Shown: piece after piece, positions 1-8,605 of the stretch
Numbering within the stretch: position 1 is the first letter of the stretch
Layout of the letters: each line of letters starts with the position of its first letter
DNA from: an uncultured Rhodothermales bacterium
GTDB lineage: Bacteria; Bacteroidota; Rhodothermia; Rhodothermales; CAYLXM01
Direction: 5' to 3'
Assembly (NCBI GenBank): GCA_964387555.1
Contig: CAYLXM010000058.1
Coordinates: forward strand, 1 to 18,799
Length of the DNA: 18,799 nt
Program-made: the position numbers and the translations under genes
The notes under the pieces: generated by a model
Database searches by the model: none
What the model was told of the DNA's origin: nothing
What the model saw: the letters and a program-made list of their open reading frames with translations, nothing else

Positions 1-1064
1 CGAGCGTGGTCGGCCCGCTCTCGACCGCACTCGAACTCGTGCGCGATAATGCCGGAGTCGTCTACTGGCCGAGCCAGCAGATTATCGATCTGGCCAGTTG
101 GTCGAAGACGCAGGGATACGACATCTACATGAATGCTGCAGCCACGCTGGCGGTCGACGGTCAACCCATTGACGCCTCGGCCACGGTCATCCCGCTGGCG
201 CCCGGCTGGAACATCGTCCCCTTCCTTCCTGCGTCACCAATGGCCACGTCAACGGCCCTGGCAGGCATTCAAGGGAAATATGTCCTGGTGAAAGATGCTG
301 CCGGCACTCCGTACTGGCCCGACCAGCAGATATCCGAACTCTCGACCCTTCGGCCTTGCCAGGGGTACCGCATCTACATTTCGCAGACCGGCGTGTCGCT
401 GCGCTATCCCGTCACCGGAATTTCGGCCCAGATCGATGCCGGGCCGGCGCCGATCGGAACCGGCTCCGACGCGACGCTTCTCGTGGCATTGCCTTCGGTA
501 GAAGACCGAACGGGCGTTGGCGTATGGACGCGCTCCGGGAGATCGGTCGGGAGGGCTGCCGTGCATGGCGGACAGGCCCTGATCGTCGTGCGCGGTGACA
601 ATCCGCAGACTGCAGAGGTCGAGGGCGCCGTGGAGAATGAAGAACTGATGCTTCTCCTCGATGAAGCAGGCGGCACGTTGGATCGCGGTCCGCTCGTGCC
701 GACCCGTATCACCGATGTGATTTCGGGAGAGGAGCCCGGTTCGCTGCAGTATCGTCCAAACGCGGTGTGGAAAGTCGAAATCAGCGACTCTCCACCCGCA
801 GCCGAATTCCGGCTCCACACGCCCTATCCAAATCCCTCACGGCATATTGCCCGGATTGTTTTCACGCTTCCCGCATCGGAACTTGTCCACGTGGCGCTGT
901 TCGATGCCACGGGTAGACACCTCACGACCATAGTGGACGAGGTTCGGCCGAGCGGCTCTCATCAAGCCGAGATTCGGGCCGAGGGACTGTCCGCCGGCAC
1001 ATATTTCGTCCGCTACACTGCCATGGGTCGAACCCAGGTTCAACCGCTGGTTATCGTCCGATGA
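1..1064 (+). CDS. Secreted protein with a T9SS (Por) C-terminal sorting domain; 5' end probably truncated by the window edge. Internal tandem ~85-aa repeat (LV[RK]D.AG..YWP.QQI...S.....QGY.IY).
   Basis: ORF track 6..1064, frame open back to base 3. The last ~75 aa (PNPSRHIARIVFTLPASELVHVALFDATGRHL...GTYFVRYTAMGRTQVQPLVIVR) have the typical T9SS CTD pattern. Two copies of the YWPxQQI...QGYxIY motif about 85 aa apart. Confidence 0.75.
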   Translation, partial: SVVGPLSTALELVRDNAGVVYWPSQQIIDLASWSKTQGYDIYMNAAATLAVDGQPIDASATVIPLAPGWNIVPFLPASPMATSTALAGIQGKYVLVKDAAGTPYWPDQQISELSTLRPCQGYRIYISQTGVSLRYPVTGISAQIDAGPAPIGTGSDATLLVALPSVEDRTGVGVWTRSGRSVGRAAVHGGQALIVVRGDNPQTAEVEGAVENEELMLLLDEAGGTLDRGPLVPTRITDVISGEEPGSLQYRPNAVWKVEISDSPPAAEFRLHTPYPNPSRHIARIVFTLPASELVHVALFDATGRHLTTIVDEVRPSGSHQAEIRAEGLSAGTYFVRYTAMGRTQVQPLVIVR

Positions 1065-2101
1065 ACATGACGATGGAACGAAACCGATTCTCCAGGACTG
1101 CCATCGCAGTCGCCCTGATGGCATTGGGTCTGACTGCCCGGGCCCAGGACGCACCTTCGGCCCCCAATCGGTTCACCAACTGCCTCAATATCGCCACGCC
1201 AAATGCTGCAACCCTGTCGGTCCGCAAAGCGACCACCAAGGAAAATCAGCCGCTGAAGGCAGGTGATGAGGTCGCCGTTTTTGATGACTTTGGTACCTGC
1301 ATGGGCGCGACGGTGTGGAAGACCGACAAGGGCAACGCACTGCGCGCGCAGGGTGCAGACGCCCTCTTCTCGATTCCCGGACTGTCGGTGGGCGACTCCA
1401 TGCGTTTCCGGATCTGGGATGCGACACTGGAACGTGAGTTTCACGCGGAGCCGACCTGGATCTCTCCGGAGCAGCACAGCGGGAAGTTTGTGGCAGGTTC
1501 GTTCTTCATCATTGAACTGGAAACGTCGGAGCCCCTGCCGGTGGAACTGGTGCGATTCAGCGGGTATGCACGGGGTCCGGTTGTCGTGCTGGAATGGGAA
1601 ACGGCGAGCGAATCCGGCAACGCCGGATTTGAGGTGCAGCACAGCCTGGATAGAACCGACTTCGAGCTACTCGGCTTCGTGCCGGGTACCGGTTCGGCGA
1701 CCGAGGCACGAAGCTACGAGTACAGGACGCCGGTGATGCCCGAAGGCCTTCACTATTTCAGGCTGAGGCAGATCGATTTCGACGGAAGATCTACGACCTC
1801 GCCCGTCATCGAGGTTTATCGTGCCCTCGGTGATCCGGCAGTGCTGTCGCCGGCATTCCCGAATCCGACAGGCTCGAAGATGTCCTGGTCCATGGCGGTA
1901 GAGCGGTCGGAAGAGGTGCGCGTCGACGTGTTTGATCTGCGGGGAAGGAAGGTGGCTTCGGCTTTCGAGGGAACCCTGTTGGGGGGCGAATCGCGAAAGG
2001 CCGATTTCGACGCCGGCGCACTACCGGCGGGACTCTATGTCCTGGTGTTGGAGACGGCGTCAGGATTCCGCTCAACGCGTACACTCACCGTCGCGCGCTG
2101 A
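1061..2101 (+). CDS. Secreted protein with signal peptide, FN3/Ig-like beta-sandwich domain and a T9SS C-terminal sorting domain; function unknown.
   Basis: N-terminus MNMTMERNRFSRTAIAVALMALGLTARAQDA is a signal peptide. C-terminus FPNPTGSKMSWSMAVERSEEVRVDVFDLRGRKVASAF...GLYVLVLETASGFRSTRTLTVAR has the T9SS CTD pattern. ATG overlaps the TGA of the upstream gene (ATGA), indicating translational coupling. Confidence 0.8.
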   Translation: MNMTMERNRFSRTAIAVALMALGLTARAQDAPSAPNRFTNCLNIATPNAATLSVRKATTKENQPLKAGDEVAVFDDFGTCMGATVWKTDKGNALRAQGADALFSIPGLSVGDSMRFRIWDATLEREFHAEPTWISPEQHSGKFVAGSFFIIELETSEPLPVELVRFSGYARGPVVVLEWETASESGNAGFEVQHSLDRTDFELLGFVPGTGSATEARSYEYRTPVMPEGLHYFRLRQIDFDGRSTTSPVIEVYRALGDPAVLSPAFPNPTGSKMSWSMAVERSEEVRVDVFDLRGRKVASAFEGTLLGGESRKADFDAGALPAGLYVLVLETASGFRSTRTLTVAR

Positions 2102-2132
2102 ATCGCCTCGTGACGGCGCCCGGCGCCGCCAA

Positions 2133-3089
2133 TCAGGCCCGCTTCTGGAGCGCCTCGACCACCCGGCTCACTGCGTCGGCGCGCTGCATGACGTAGAAGT
2201 GGAGGTACGACACGCCTGAAGAGAGCAGTTCGTCGCACTGGCGAATGGCCCAATCAATGCCGATGGAGGCCACCTGGTCGGCCGGAGCTTCTTCCGCGGC
2301 GCCGGCGAGTTCTTCCGGGATGGAGATGTAGAAGTTTGCCGGAAGCGACTGCAGCTGCGGCCTTGCAGTAAGCACCTTTATGCCTGGTACGATTGGTACG
2401 GTGATCCCGGCTTCGCGGCAGCGGCGGACGAAGTCGAAATAGGCGGCGTTATCGAAGAACATCTGGGTGACCACGTACTCCGCGCCGGCCTCCACCTTGC
2501 GCTTGAGGTGCAGGATGTCCCGGTTAAGGTTCGCCGCCTCGAAATGTTTCTCCGGATATCCGGCCACGCCGACGCAGAAGTCCGTCGGTTGGGCATCCAT
2601 CAACTCCTCCAGATAGACGCCCCGGTTCATGGCCTGGATCTGCCCCACGAGTTCCGAAGCGTATCGATTGGCCGTCTTCTGGGGCGGAACGGGCTTGGCA
2701 TATCCGTGATCATCCCCCCGGAGCGCCATCACGTTATGGATGCCAAGGTAGTTCAGCTCGATCAGCGCGTCTTCCGTCTCTTCCCGTGTAAATCCGCTGC
2801 ACAAGAGATGGGGCACGGTTTCCACCCCAAACCGTCCCCTGATCGCCGCACACAGACCGATCGTGCCGGGACGTTTTCGCTTGGTGGACCTCCGTATGGA
2901 CCCGTCGGGCAGTTCCTCGTAGGATACCTGCGCCGCATGGCTCGTCACGTCAATGAAGGGCGGGCGATAGGGCATGAGCGCTGCCACCACGTCCAGAACG
3001 GACTGAACCGACCCGCCGCGCTTCGGCGGTATCACCTCGTACGAGATCAGCGGGTCCGTTGCGGTGTGGTAGAGCTCAACAACCTTCAT
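2133..3089 (-). CDS. metF: 5,10-methylenetetrahydrofolate reductase (MetF).
   Basis: MKVVELYHTATDPLISYEVIPPKRGG...FIDVTSHAA matches the MTHFR N-terminal signature (I-S-[FY]-E-x-x-P-P). ORF track gives 2133..3263. The ATG at 3089 (aa 59 of the ORF) is preferred because the homology starts there and the longer version overlaps the 3' end of ctaF. Confidence 0.85.
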   Translation of the reverse strand: MKVVELYHTATDPLISYEVIPPKRGGSVQSVLDVVAALMPYRPPFIDVTSHAAQVSYEELPDGSIRRSTKRKRPGTIGLCAAIRGRFGVETVPHLLCSGFTREETEDALIELNYLGIHNVMALRGDDHGYAKPVPPQKTANRYASELVGQIQAMNRGVYLEELMDAQPTDFCVGVAGYPEKHFEAANLNRDILHLKRKVEAGAEYVVTQMFFDNAAYFDFVRRCREAGITVPIVPGIKVLTARPQLQSLPANFYISIPEELAGAAEEAPADQVASIGIDWAIRQCDELLSSGVSYLHFYVMQRADAVSRVVEALQKRA

Positions 3090-3216
3090 GAGACTGCAAA
3101 CGCAAAACGGCGTGAGAGAAGCGTACCTGCCGGAATGAGCGTGGCACCGAGCCCGTGTACACAACACACGGGTGGTCGACCTCCCATGAGCGTGGCGCCG
3201 TGCCCGTGTCCACAGC
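3090..3216 (-). promoter_or_regulatory. Structured metF leader / intergenic element with a 28-bp imperfect direct repeat (approx. 3135-3162 and 3186-3213, 25/28 identical) and a perfect hairpin CCCGTGT-N7-ACACGGG (approx. 3152-3172).
   Basis: Read directly from the sequence. ATGAGCGTGGCACCGAGCCCGTGTACAC and ATGAGCGTGGCGCCGTGCCCGTGTCCAC lie 51 bp apart. The segment between them contains ACACGGG, which can pair with the CCCGTGT in either repeat copy, so the two pairings are mutually exclusive. Confidence 0.35.
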
Positions 3217-3735
3217 TTACTGACCGTCGACCTCGACCGAGTCGACCACGACATCGGCCTCATCCCCCGTGAATACCAGAGGCCTGCTCCGCACCAGGGG
3301 GGTGATCAAGGAATCCCGTGCCCGAAGATCTGCGTCCGAAGCCGCACGATCCATCATCGTACCCGATCGGACCGGATCGACCATGTCCCGGAAGAACACG
3401 TCGAGGCTCGTGAAGAGCATGAAGACGAGCACGAAGAGTATGCCGATGGAGAAAATGAGTGCGTTCACGCGGGCCTCGTACTTCAGTGCCATGAAGAAGA
3501 GCACAACGAGCACCGCCTTGGTGGAGGCGATTGCGATGGCGATCGGGACATCCAATGCCCCCATGTCCAGTACCCGCGCGGAAAACCACGTAAGAATGGT
3601 GAGTCCAACGAGGGTCGCAAATACAGTAATCAGGACCCGAAACGGGACGATGTGGTGTCCGGGATGGTCGTCGTGTCCGTGGTGAGGAGCCTGTGCCATG
3701 GCGAGGAGGGTTGCAGTCGAAATCGAATGGGGCAA
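3217..3735 (-). CDS. ctaF: Cytochrome c oxidase subunit IV (prokaryotic COX4 family, caa3-type).
   Basis: Small 3-TM protein directly downstream of cox III, with the motif STKAVLVVLFFMALKYE (COX4_pro-like K-A-x-L-V...F-M-H/A-L). The ORF-track start at 3735 is TTG. An ATG at 3699 (MAQAPHHGHDDHPGHH...) is an alternative start. Confidence 0.75.
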   Translation of the reverse strand: MPHSISTATLLAMAQAPHHGHDDHPGHHIVPFRVLITVFATLVGLTILTWFSARVLDMGALDVPIAIAIASTKAVLVVLFFMALKYEARVNALIFSIGILFVLVFMLFTSLDVFFRDMVDPVRSGTMMDRAASDADLRARDSLITPLVRSRPLVFTGDEADVVVDSVEVDGQ

Positions 3736-3750
3736 GCCGGCGGGCCGGTG

Positions 3751-4425
3751 CTAAATCAGGTAGAGTAGCGGGAAGAGGAAGATCCAGATGATGTCGACCA
3801 GGTGCCAGTACAGGGCAGATATTTCGACCGGCGTGTAGTACTCGCGGGAAAAAGCGCCTCGCCGCGCCTTGACGACCAGCCAGGTGAAGATGCCCATTCC
3901 GACCAGCACGTGTACACCATGAATGCCGGTCATCACATAGTAGATGCTGAAGAAGATCGGCACGTAGTCCATCTGAAGTCCTTCGTAGACGTACGAGGAT
4001 CCGGGGTAGATGCCGAGGTGGAATTTGTGGGTGTACTCGAAGTACTTCACCACCATGAACGCTGCGGCGAAGAGCAGCGTGAGCATCAGAAAGATGACAA
4101 GGTGTTTCTGTCTGCCGAGCTGAGCGGATCGCACGGATAACGCGGCGGTCAGCGAGGAGGCGAGCAGGACGACGGTGTTGAGGGCGCCGAGCCGCGTATC
4201 GAGAAGCACGCTCGCCGCCTTGAAGACCTCCGGATGGAGCCCGCGGTAGATCATGTACGCCACGAACATCCCGCTGAAGAGCAGGACCTCGGTAACCAGG
4301 AACATCCACATACCCATCTTCGCGGCACTGAACTGCTGCTCGGACGAGACGAAGTGATGCTGCAGATGGGCCGGGTGCGCGTGCACGGTTTCTGCCGTCG
4401 CCGGGGGAGAGGGTGAGATCGCCAT
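3751..4425 (-). CDS. ctaE: Cytochrome c oxidase subunit III.
   Basis: HLQHHFVSSEQQFSAAKMGMWMFLVTEVLLFSGMF and YYVMTGIHGVHVLVGMGIFTWLV, downstream WHLVDIIWIFLFPLLY. This is the canonical heme-copper oxidase subunit III pattern. Confidence 0.93.
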   Translation of the reverse strand: MAISPSPPATAETVHAHPAHLQHHFVSSEQQFSAAKMGMWMFLVTEVLLFSGMFVAYMIYRGLHPEVFKAASVLLDTRLGALNTVVLLASSLTAALSVRSAQLGRQKHLVIFLMLTLLFAAAFMVVKYFEYTHKFHLGIYPGSSYVYEGLQMDYVPIFFSIYYVMTGIHGVHVLVGMGIFTWLVVKARRGAFSREYYTPVEISALYWHLVDIIWIFLFPLLYLI

Positions 4426-4490
4426 TACGGATCTAGGGTTTGGTGCCGAGGGCTCACGTCCTGCGGCGCATGCGGGGTCGAGGCTCGAAA

Positions 4491-6278
4491 TCAGTGACCG
4501 GCCTGGCCGACGGCCGGAGGGGAAGCGGGTTCCGCATCGGCGCCGTCGCCCCCGTAAACGTCCTTGATAAGGTGGTAGTCGTACGGACCGCGCGTGACGA
4601 TGGGGGTTCGCTTGAAGTTGTGGGGATCAGGTGGCGAAGAACAGTGGGTCCATTCGAGCGTAGCGCCGCCCCAGGGATTGGCGCCCGCAGGCGGGGCTGA
4701 GCGGCGGAAAGATGCCAGGAGGTAGATCAGTACGATGAGCAGACCCAGGCCGAGGACCCACGAGCCGACCGTCGAGAGAAAGTGAAGGTCGGAAAAGAGA
4801 TCTATGAGATCCTGCCGGTATGGATCGCCCGTGGCGGAGACCGCGTAATCGTGATAGCGTCTCGGCATCCCCTTGCTGCCCAGAATGAACTGGGGAAAGA
4901 AGGTCATGTTGAAGCCGATAAATACAAGCGCCGCCGCGATGGCCGACCAGGTCTGGTTGTACATCCTGCCGAACATCTTCGGCCACCAGTAGTGGATGCC
5001 CCCCAGGAACGCGATCACCGTGCCGCCCATCATCACGTAATGGAAGTGGGCCACGACGAAATACGTGTCATGCAACTGCACATCCACGGCGAGCACGCCC
5101 AGCATGATTCCCGTGACCCCTCCGATGGTGAAGAGGAAGAGGAACGAGAGCGCGTAGAGCATGGGCGTCCGCAGCCAGATGGATCCCTTGTACATCGTTG
5201 CCACCCAGTTGAGCACTTTGATGCCCGACGGGATACCGATGAGATAGGTGATCATCGAGAAGACGATCGAGGAAATCTCCGACTGTCCGGAGACGAACAT
5301 GTGGTGTCCCCAGACCAGAAAGCCGAGCATCGCGATCGCGACGGACGAGAGTGCGATGGCCCGATAGCCGAAAATGCGCTGCCGTGAGAACGTCGTGATG
5401 AGCTCGGAGATGATCCCGAAAGCCGGCAGGATCATGATGTAGACGGCCGGATGGGAGTAGAACCAGAAGAAGTGCTGGAACAGTACCGGATCACCACCGA
5501 GCGCCGGATCGAAGATTCCGATGCCGATCAGACGCTCGAGGAACAGCAGAATGACCGTAATGCCGATCACGGGGGTGGCGAGCACCTGCACGATGCTCGT
5601 TGCATAGAGTCCCCAGACCATCAGCGGCAGGCGGTTCCAGGTCATGCCGGGCGCCCGCATCTTATGGATGGTCACGATGAAGTTCAGCCCCGTGAGGATC
5701 GACGCGAACCCGGCCACGAACACCGCCATCGTCATGTAGAGCACGGCGCTGCTCGTGCTGGACGAATAGGGGGTGTAGAAGGTCCACCCGGTGTCGACCT
5801 GGCCGACGAGAATGCCGGCCACGGCGATCAGGCTTCCGGCGACAAAGATGTAGTAGCTGGCGAGGTTAAGCCTCGGGAAGGCGACGTCCTTGGCGCCGAC
5901 CATGAGGGGCAGCAGGAAGTTGCCCAGGGTCGCCGGGATGGACGGGATGATGAAGAGGAAGACCATCATGATCCCGTGTAGCGTGAACACCTGGTTGTAG
6001 GTGTCCTCGTCGATGATCGTGCGGCCCGGCGCCATGAGTTCCAGCCGCACGATGAGTGCCATGATTCCTGCGATCGCGAAGAAGGCTGCGATCGTCCAGA
6101 AGTACATGAGGCCGATCCGTTTGTGGTCGACCGTGACGATCCACGACCACAGGCCTTTGGGGTGCCGCAGGTAGTTGTGCTCCGGTTCGTAGCCGCGCGG
6201 CAGCGTTGGGGCTGCCGAGGCGGTGACGGGTCCACTCATAGGATTGTCCGGGGAAAGGATGCGCTCCGGGTAGGGCAC
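4491..6278 (-). CDS. ctaD: Cytochrome c oxidase subunit I, A2-type (YS motif in helix VI), with a short C-terminal extension.
   Basis: [47 protein letters not shown] and GMPRRYHDY match the COX1 signature with the CuB and heme ligand histidines. The ORF-track start is GTG at 6278. Alternative ATG at 6239 (MSGPVTAS...). Confidence 0.95.
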   Translation of the reverse strand: MPYPERILSPDNPMSGPVTASAAPTLPRGYEPEHNYLRHPKGLWSWIVTVDHKRIGLMYFWTIAAFFAIAGIMALIVRLELMAPGRTIIDEDTYNQVFTLHGIMMVFLFIIPSIPATLGNFLLPLMVGAKDVAFPRLNLASYYIFVAGSLIAVAGILVGQVDTGWTFYTPYSSSTSSAVLYMTMAVFVAGFASILTGLNFIVTIHKMRAPGMTWNRLPLMVWGLYATSIVQVLATPVIGITVILLFLERLIGIGIFDPALGGDPVLFQHFFWFYSHPAVYIMILPAFGIISELITTFSRQRIFGYRAIALSSVAIAMLGFLVWGHHMFVSGQSEISSIVFSMITYLIGIPSGIKVLNWVATMYKGSIWLRTPMLYALSFLFLFTIGGVTGIMLGVLAVDVQLHDTYFVVAHFHYVMMGGTVIAFLGGIHYWWPKMFGRMYNQTWSAIAAALVFIGFNMTFFPQFILGSKGMPRRYHDYAVSATGDPYRQDLIDLFSDLHFLSTVGSWVLGLGLLIVLIYLLASFRRSAPPAGANPWGGATLEWTHCSSPPDPHNFKRTPIVTRGPYDYHLIKDVYGGDGADAEPASPPAVGQAGH

Positions 6279-6285
6279 ATCGGGT

Positions 6286-7389
6286 TTATTGCAGCGACTT
6301 GATGTATTCGATCAGCGCGGAGACTTCGTCGTCCGTGAACTGGAACATGGGCATGACGGGCTGGAAGCCGGCCGTGATCCGCGCCTGGGGGCGAAGGATG
6401 GACTCGCGCAGATAGTTTTCGTCGGCCGTGACCGTCGAACCGTCGGCCAGGGCATGGTTCGGCTGGTCGTACAGGCCGGCGAATGTAGGACCGACGGCGG
6501 CTGAGCCATCGATGCTGTGACAGGCCACGCAGGTCTTCTGGCGGTAGAGCAACGCCCCGTATTCCACAGGCGTCATATCGCCGACATCTCTCGAAGCGAG
6601 CCAGGTTTCGAAGTCCTCCGGCGAGAGAACGCGCAGCTCCGCGCCCATCTTCGAGTGGTTGGTGCCACAGTATTCGGTGCAGAAGACCTGGATGAATCCG
6701 CCCCGATCATTTTCATCGACAGGCCGTCGCGTCTCCTCGGTGGCCTGAAACCAGACCGTCGTGTACCGATTGGGCAGGACGTCATGTTTGACGCGGAATT
6801 CGGGAATGAAGAAGCTGTGGAGGACGTCCCGGCTGTGCATGATGAGCTTGACGGGCCGGTCGACCGGGACCGCAAATTCGTTCGCCGTGCGGACGCCGTT
6901 CGGGTACTCGAACTCCCAGAACCACTTCTGGCCGATCACCTGGATTTCATAGGCATCCGGGGGGGCGACGTTGAGCTTGACAAACGACTTGAAGCCCCAC
7001 GTGAAAACAATAAGAACGAGAATGGTCGGAACGACGATCCAGGATATTTCGAGCATGTGGTTGGCCGGAACGGGCTCGGTGCGGTCTTCACTGGTCCGGC
7101 GCCTGTACCGGAACATGTAATAGAGGGCAAATCCCACGACCCCGACCGTCAGCAGGGCGCTGGTCCAGACCACAAACATGAACGGCCCGTCGATGTCCGG
7201 AGCCAGCGTAGAGAGAGAGGAAGGCAGCCAGCCGTAAACGCCGGCAAGGATCGCCATGCCCAACAGGGCGGCCACGGCGACCACCAGCACGGCCAGGGCG
7301 CGGCCCTTTTCGTTAATCTGATTCACAGCAGGGGATGCTTGGGAGGGAGGTTGGAAAATCCAGCAAGCAGACCTCGGGGGCGTGTTCAC
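6286..7389 (-). CDS. ctaC: Cytochrome c oxidase subunit II fused to a C-terminal mono-heme cytochrome c domain (caa3-type subunit IIc).
   Basis: CuA centre HSFFIPEF...[14 protein letters not shown]-terminal [10 protein letters not shown] (CXXCH) plus Met-rich PVMPMF. Two or three N-terminal TM helices. The ORF-track start is GTG at 7389. An alternative GTG at 7326 would give [16 protein letters not shown]... Confidence 0.93.
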   Translation of the reverse strand: MNTPPRSACWIFQPPSQASPAVNQINEKGRALAVLVVAVAALLGMAILAGVYGWLPSSLSTLAPDIDGPFMFVVWTSALLTVGVVGFALYYMFRYRRRTSEDRTEPVPANHMLEISWIVVPTILVLIVFTWGFKSFVKLNVAPPDAYEIQVIGQKWFWEFEYPNGVRTANEFAVPVDRPVKLIMHSRDVLHSFFIPEFRVKHDVLPNRYTTVWFQATEETRRPVDENDRGGFIQVFCTEYCGTNHSKMGAELRVLSPEDFETWLASRDVGDMTPVEYGALLYRQKTCVACHSIDGSAAVGPTFAGLYDQPNHALADGSTVTADENYLRESILRPQARITAGFQPVMPMFQFTDDEVSALIEYIKSLQ

Positions 7390-7457
7390 GCAGGTGGGGC
7401 GTGCGGCCCGACTACGTGCTCCGTTCGGCTACAAACTGAAAAATATACGAAAATCCG
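7390..7457 (-). promoter_or_regulatory. AT-rich island in the sco-ctaC intergenic spacer; candidate internal promoter for the caa3 genes.
   Basis: Plus strand ...ctacaaactgaaaaatatacgaaaatccgtcaacttttcat... is strongly AT-rich in a ~64 percent GC context. On the coding (minus) strand it reads TGAAAAGTTGACGGATTTTCGTATATTTTTCAGTTTG, containing TTGACG and TATATT/TTTG-like elements. No GC hairpin for a terminator. Confidence 0.3.
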
Positions 7458-8360
7458 TCAACTTTTCATTGCCTGTGAAGGCGGTCTTTTCGGGAACGCT
7501 TCCGATTCAGAGGCCGAAGGCGCCTCCGGGCGCCGTTGGGCCTCGCGTCTCCAGAACAAGAGCAGCCCGAAAAAGAGCAGAATCGCAAACCCGCCCGCGG
7601 CGAGTCGCATAATCCGCATTACGTTTGGGGTATACGACTGGCCATCCGGGTCGTACATGTAGCAGCTCACGATAAACTTCTCCATCAGGCTGCCTACCTG
7701 TCCCTCCGACGTCTCGATGAGGGCAGCACGCAACTGGATGGCAGGGTACTGTACCCCGTAGAGGTACCGGAGAACGCGACCGTCCCCATGCAGAAAAATG
7801 AGCGCTGCCGGGTGTGCGTACTGCTGCAGGTCGGCGTCCCATTTGTAGTGGAATCCGACGGATTCGGTAAGGGCGGAAATCGCAGCCTGATCCCCAACCA
7901 GGAAATGCCAGCCTTGCGCCCCCTCCGGCCTGCCGTACCGCTCGAGGTACTTTTCCTTCTGAGCCGCCGCTTGAACGTGGGTTTCGGTCGGAGAGATCGA
8001 GAGGGTCACGACCTCGAACTCGTGCCCCGGAATCCAGGCGAGTTCCCGCAGTCCCGCCGTCAGCGCATCGAGTACGATGCTGCAAAGCATGGGGCACTCG
8101 TGATAGACAAAATTCAGGAGGATCGGGGTCTGGCCGTCGAAGAACTCCGACAGACGTACCGGTTGACCGGTCTCGTCCGTGAAGGAAAGTGTGGTGTCGA
8201 TCGATTCGCCAAGGCGTTCGATCACATCGATCCCGGAGAAGGCCTCCGGCAGGTCACCCGCCGGTTGTGCTCGGGCGGTTCCAACGCCGGTCGCAAGGAC
8301 AACGGGCAGCAAGACCGATCCGAAAAGCCGGAAAAGAAGCGAGCGAGCGGTTGAGGGCAT
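7458..8360 (-). CDS. sco: SCO1/SenC family copper chaperone (thioredoxin fold, CxxxC plus His), with N-terminal signal peptide and a C-terminal TM segment.
   Basis: LLNFVYHECPMLCSIVLDAL (CxxxC) and YAHPAALIFLHGDGRV (conserved His and DG). N-terminal MPSTARSLLFRLFGSVLLPVVLATGVGTARAQ. C-terminal hydrophobic MRLAAGGFAILLFFGLLLFW. Confidence 0.85.
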   Translation of the reverse strand: MPSTARSLLFRLFGSVLLPVVLATGVGTARAQPAGDLPEAFSGIDVIERLGESIDTTLSFTDETGQPVRLSEFFDGQTPILLNFVYHECPMLCSIVLDALTAGLRELAWIPGHEFEVVTLSISPTETHVQAAAQKEKYLERYGRPEGAQGWHFLVGDQAAISALTESVGFHYKWDADLQQYAHPAALIFLHGDGRVLRYLYGVQYPAIQLRAALIETSEGQVGSLMEKFIVSCYMYDPDGQSYTPNVMRIMRLAAGGFAILLFFGLLLFWRREAQRRPEAPSASESEAFPKRPPSQAMKS

Positions 8361-8605
8361 CGTGCAGGGGATCGCAAAGGCGTTGCCGAGCCGCGGTCCG
8401 GGGGGTCAATCTCCTCCGCGGTGGGCAGACTGTAGGCGGGAGTCCGGATGCGCTGCCATCGGTAGAGCGGCGCGGCGTGCCCGGGAACGACCTGCCGTGG
8501 CACAGGCACAGACAAATATCGTCCAGCCCATCTGCCGGCGGCAGAGTCGTTTGTATGACACCGATTCCGGCGAGATTCCGCGCCGCAAACCAAGAACGCG
8601 TGAAA

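Noticed and set aside
2102-2132. GGCGCC-based inverted repeat (cggcgcc c ggcgccg) between the convergent T9SS gene and metF, as a possible bidirectional terminator.
   Set aside because: Only a 5-bp stem with a 5-nt loop is sterically possible and there is no U-tract on either strand. It is too weak to call a terminator.
3090-3216. Possible SAM riboswitch upstream of metF.
   Set aside because: I could not find the SAM-I or SAM-II core consensus by eye. It is kept only as a generic structured-leader finding, not called as a riboswitch.
3260-4309. 349-aa minus-strand ORF overlapping cox III and IV in another frame.
   Set aside because: It is an alternative frame of genes with clear cox III/IV signatures. 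The translation is Arg/Pro/His-rich and non-globular.
8406-8588. 60-aa ORF (and overlapping 123-aa ORF) in the actF-sco gap as a possible small oxidase assembly subunit.
   Set aside because: Arg-rich and non-hydrophobic, with no TM helix and no resemblance to CtaG/Cox11/CtaM-type proteins. Most likely non-coding.
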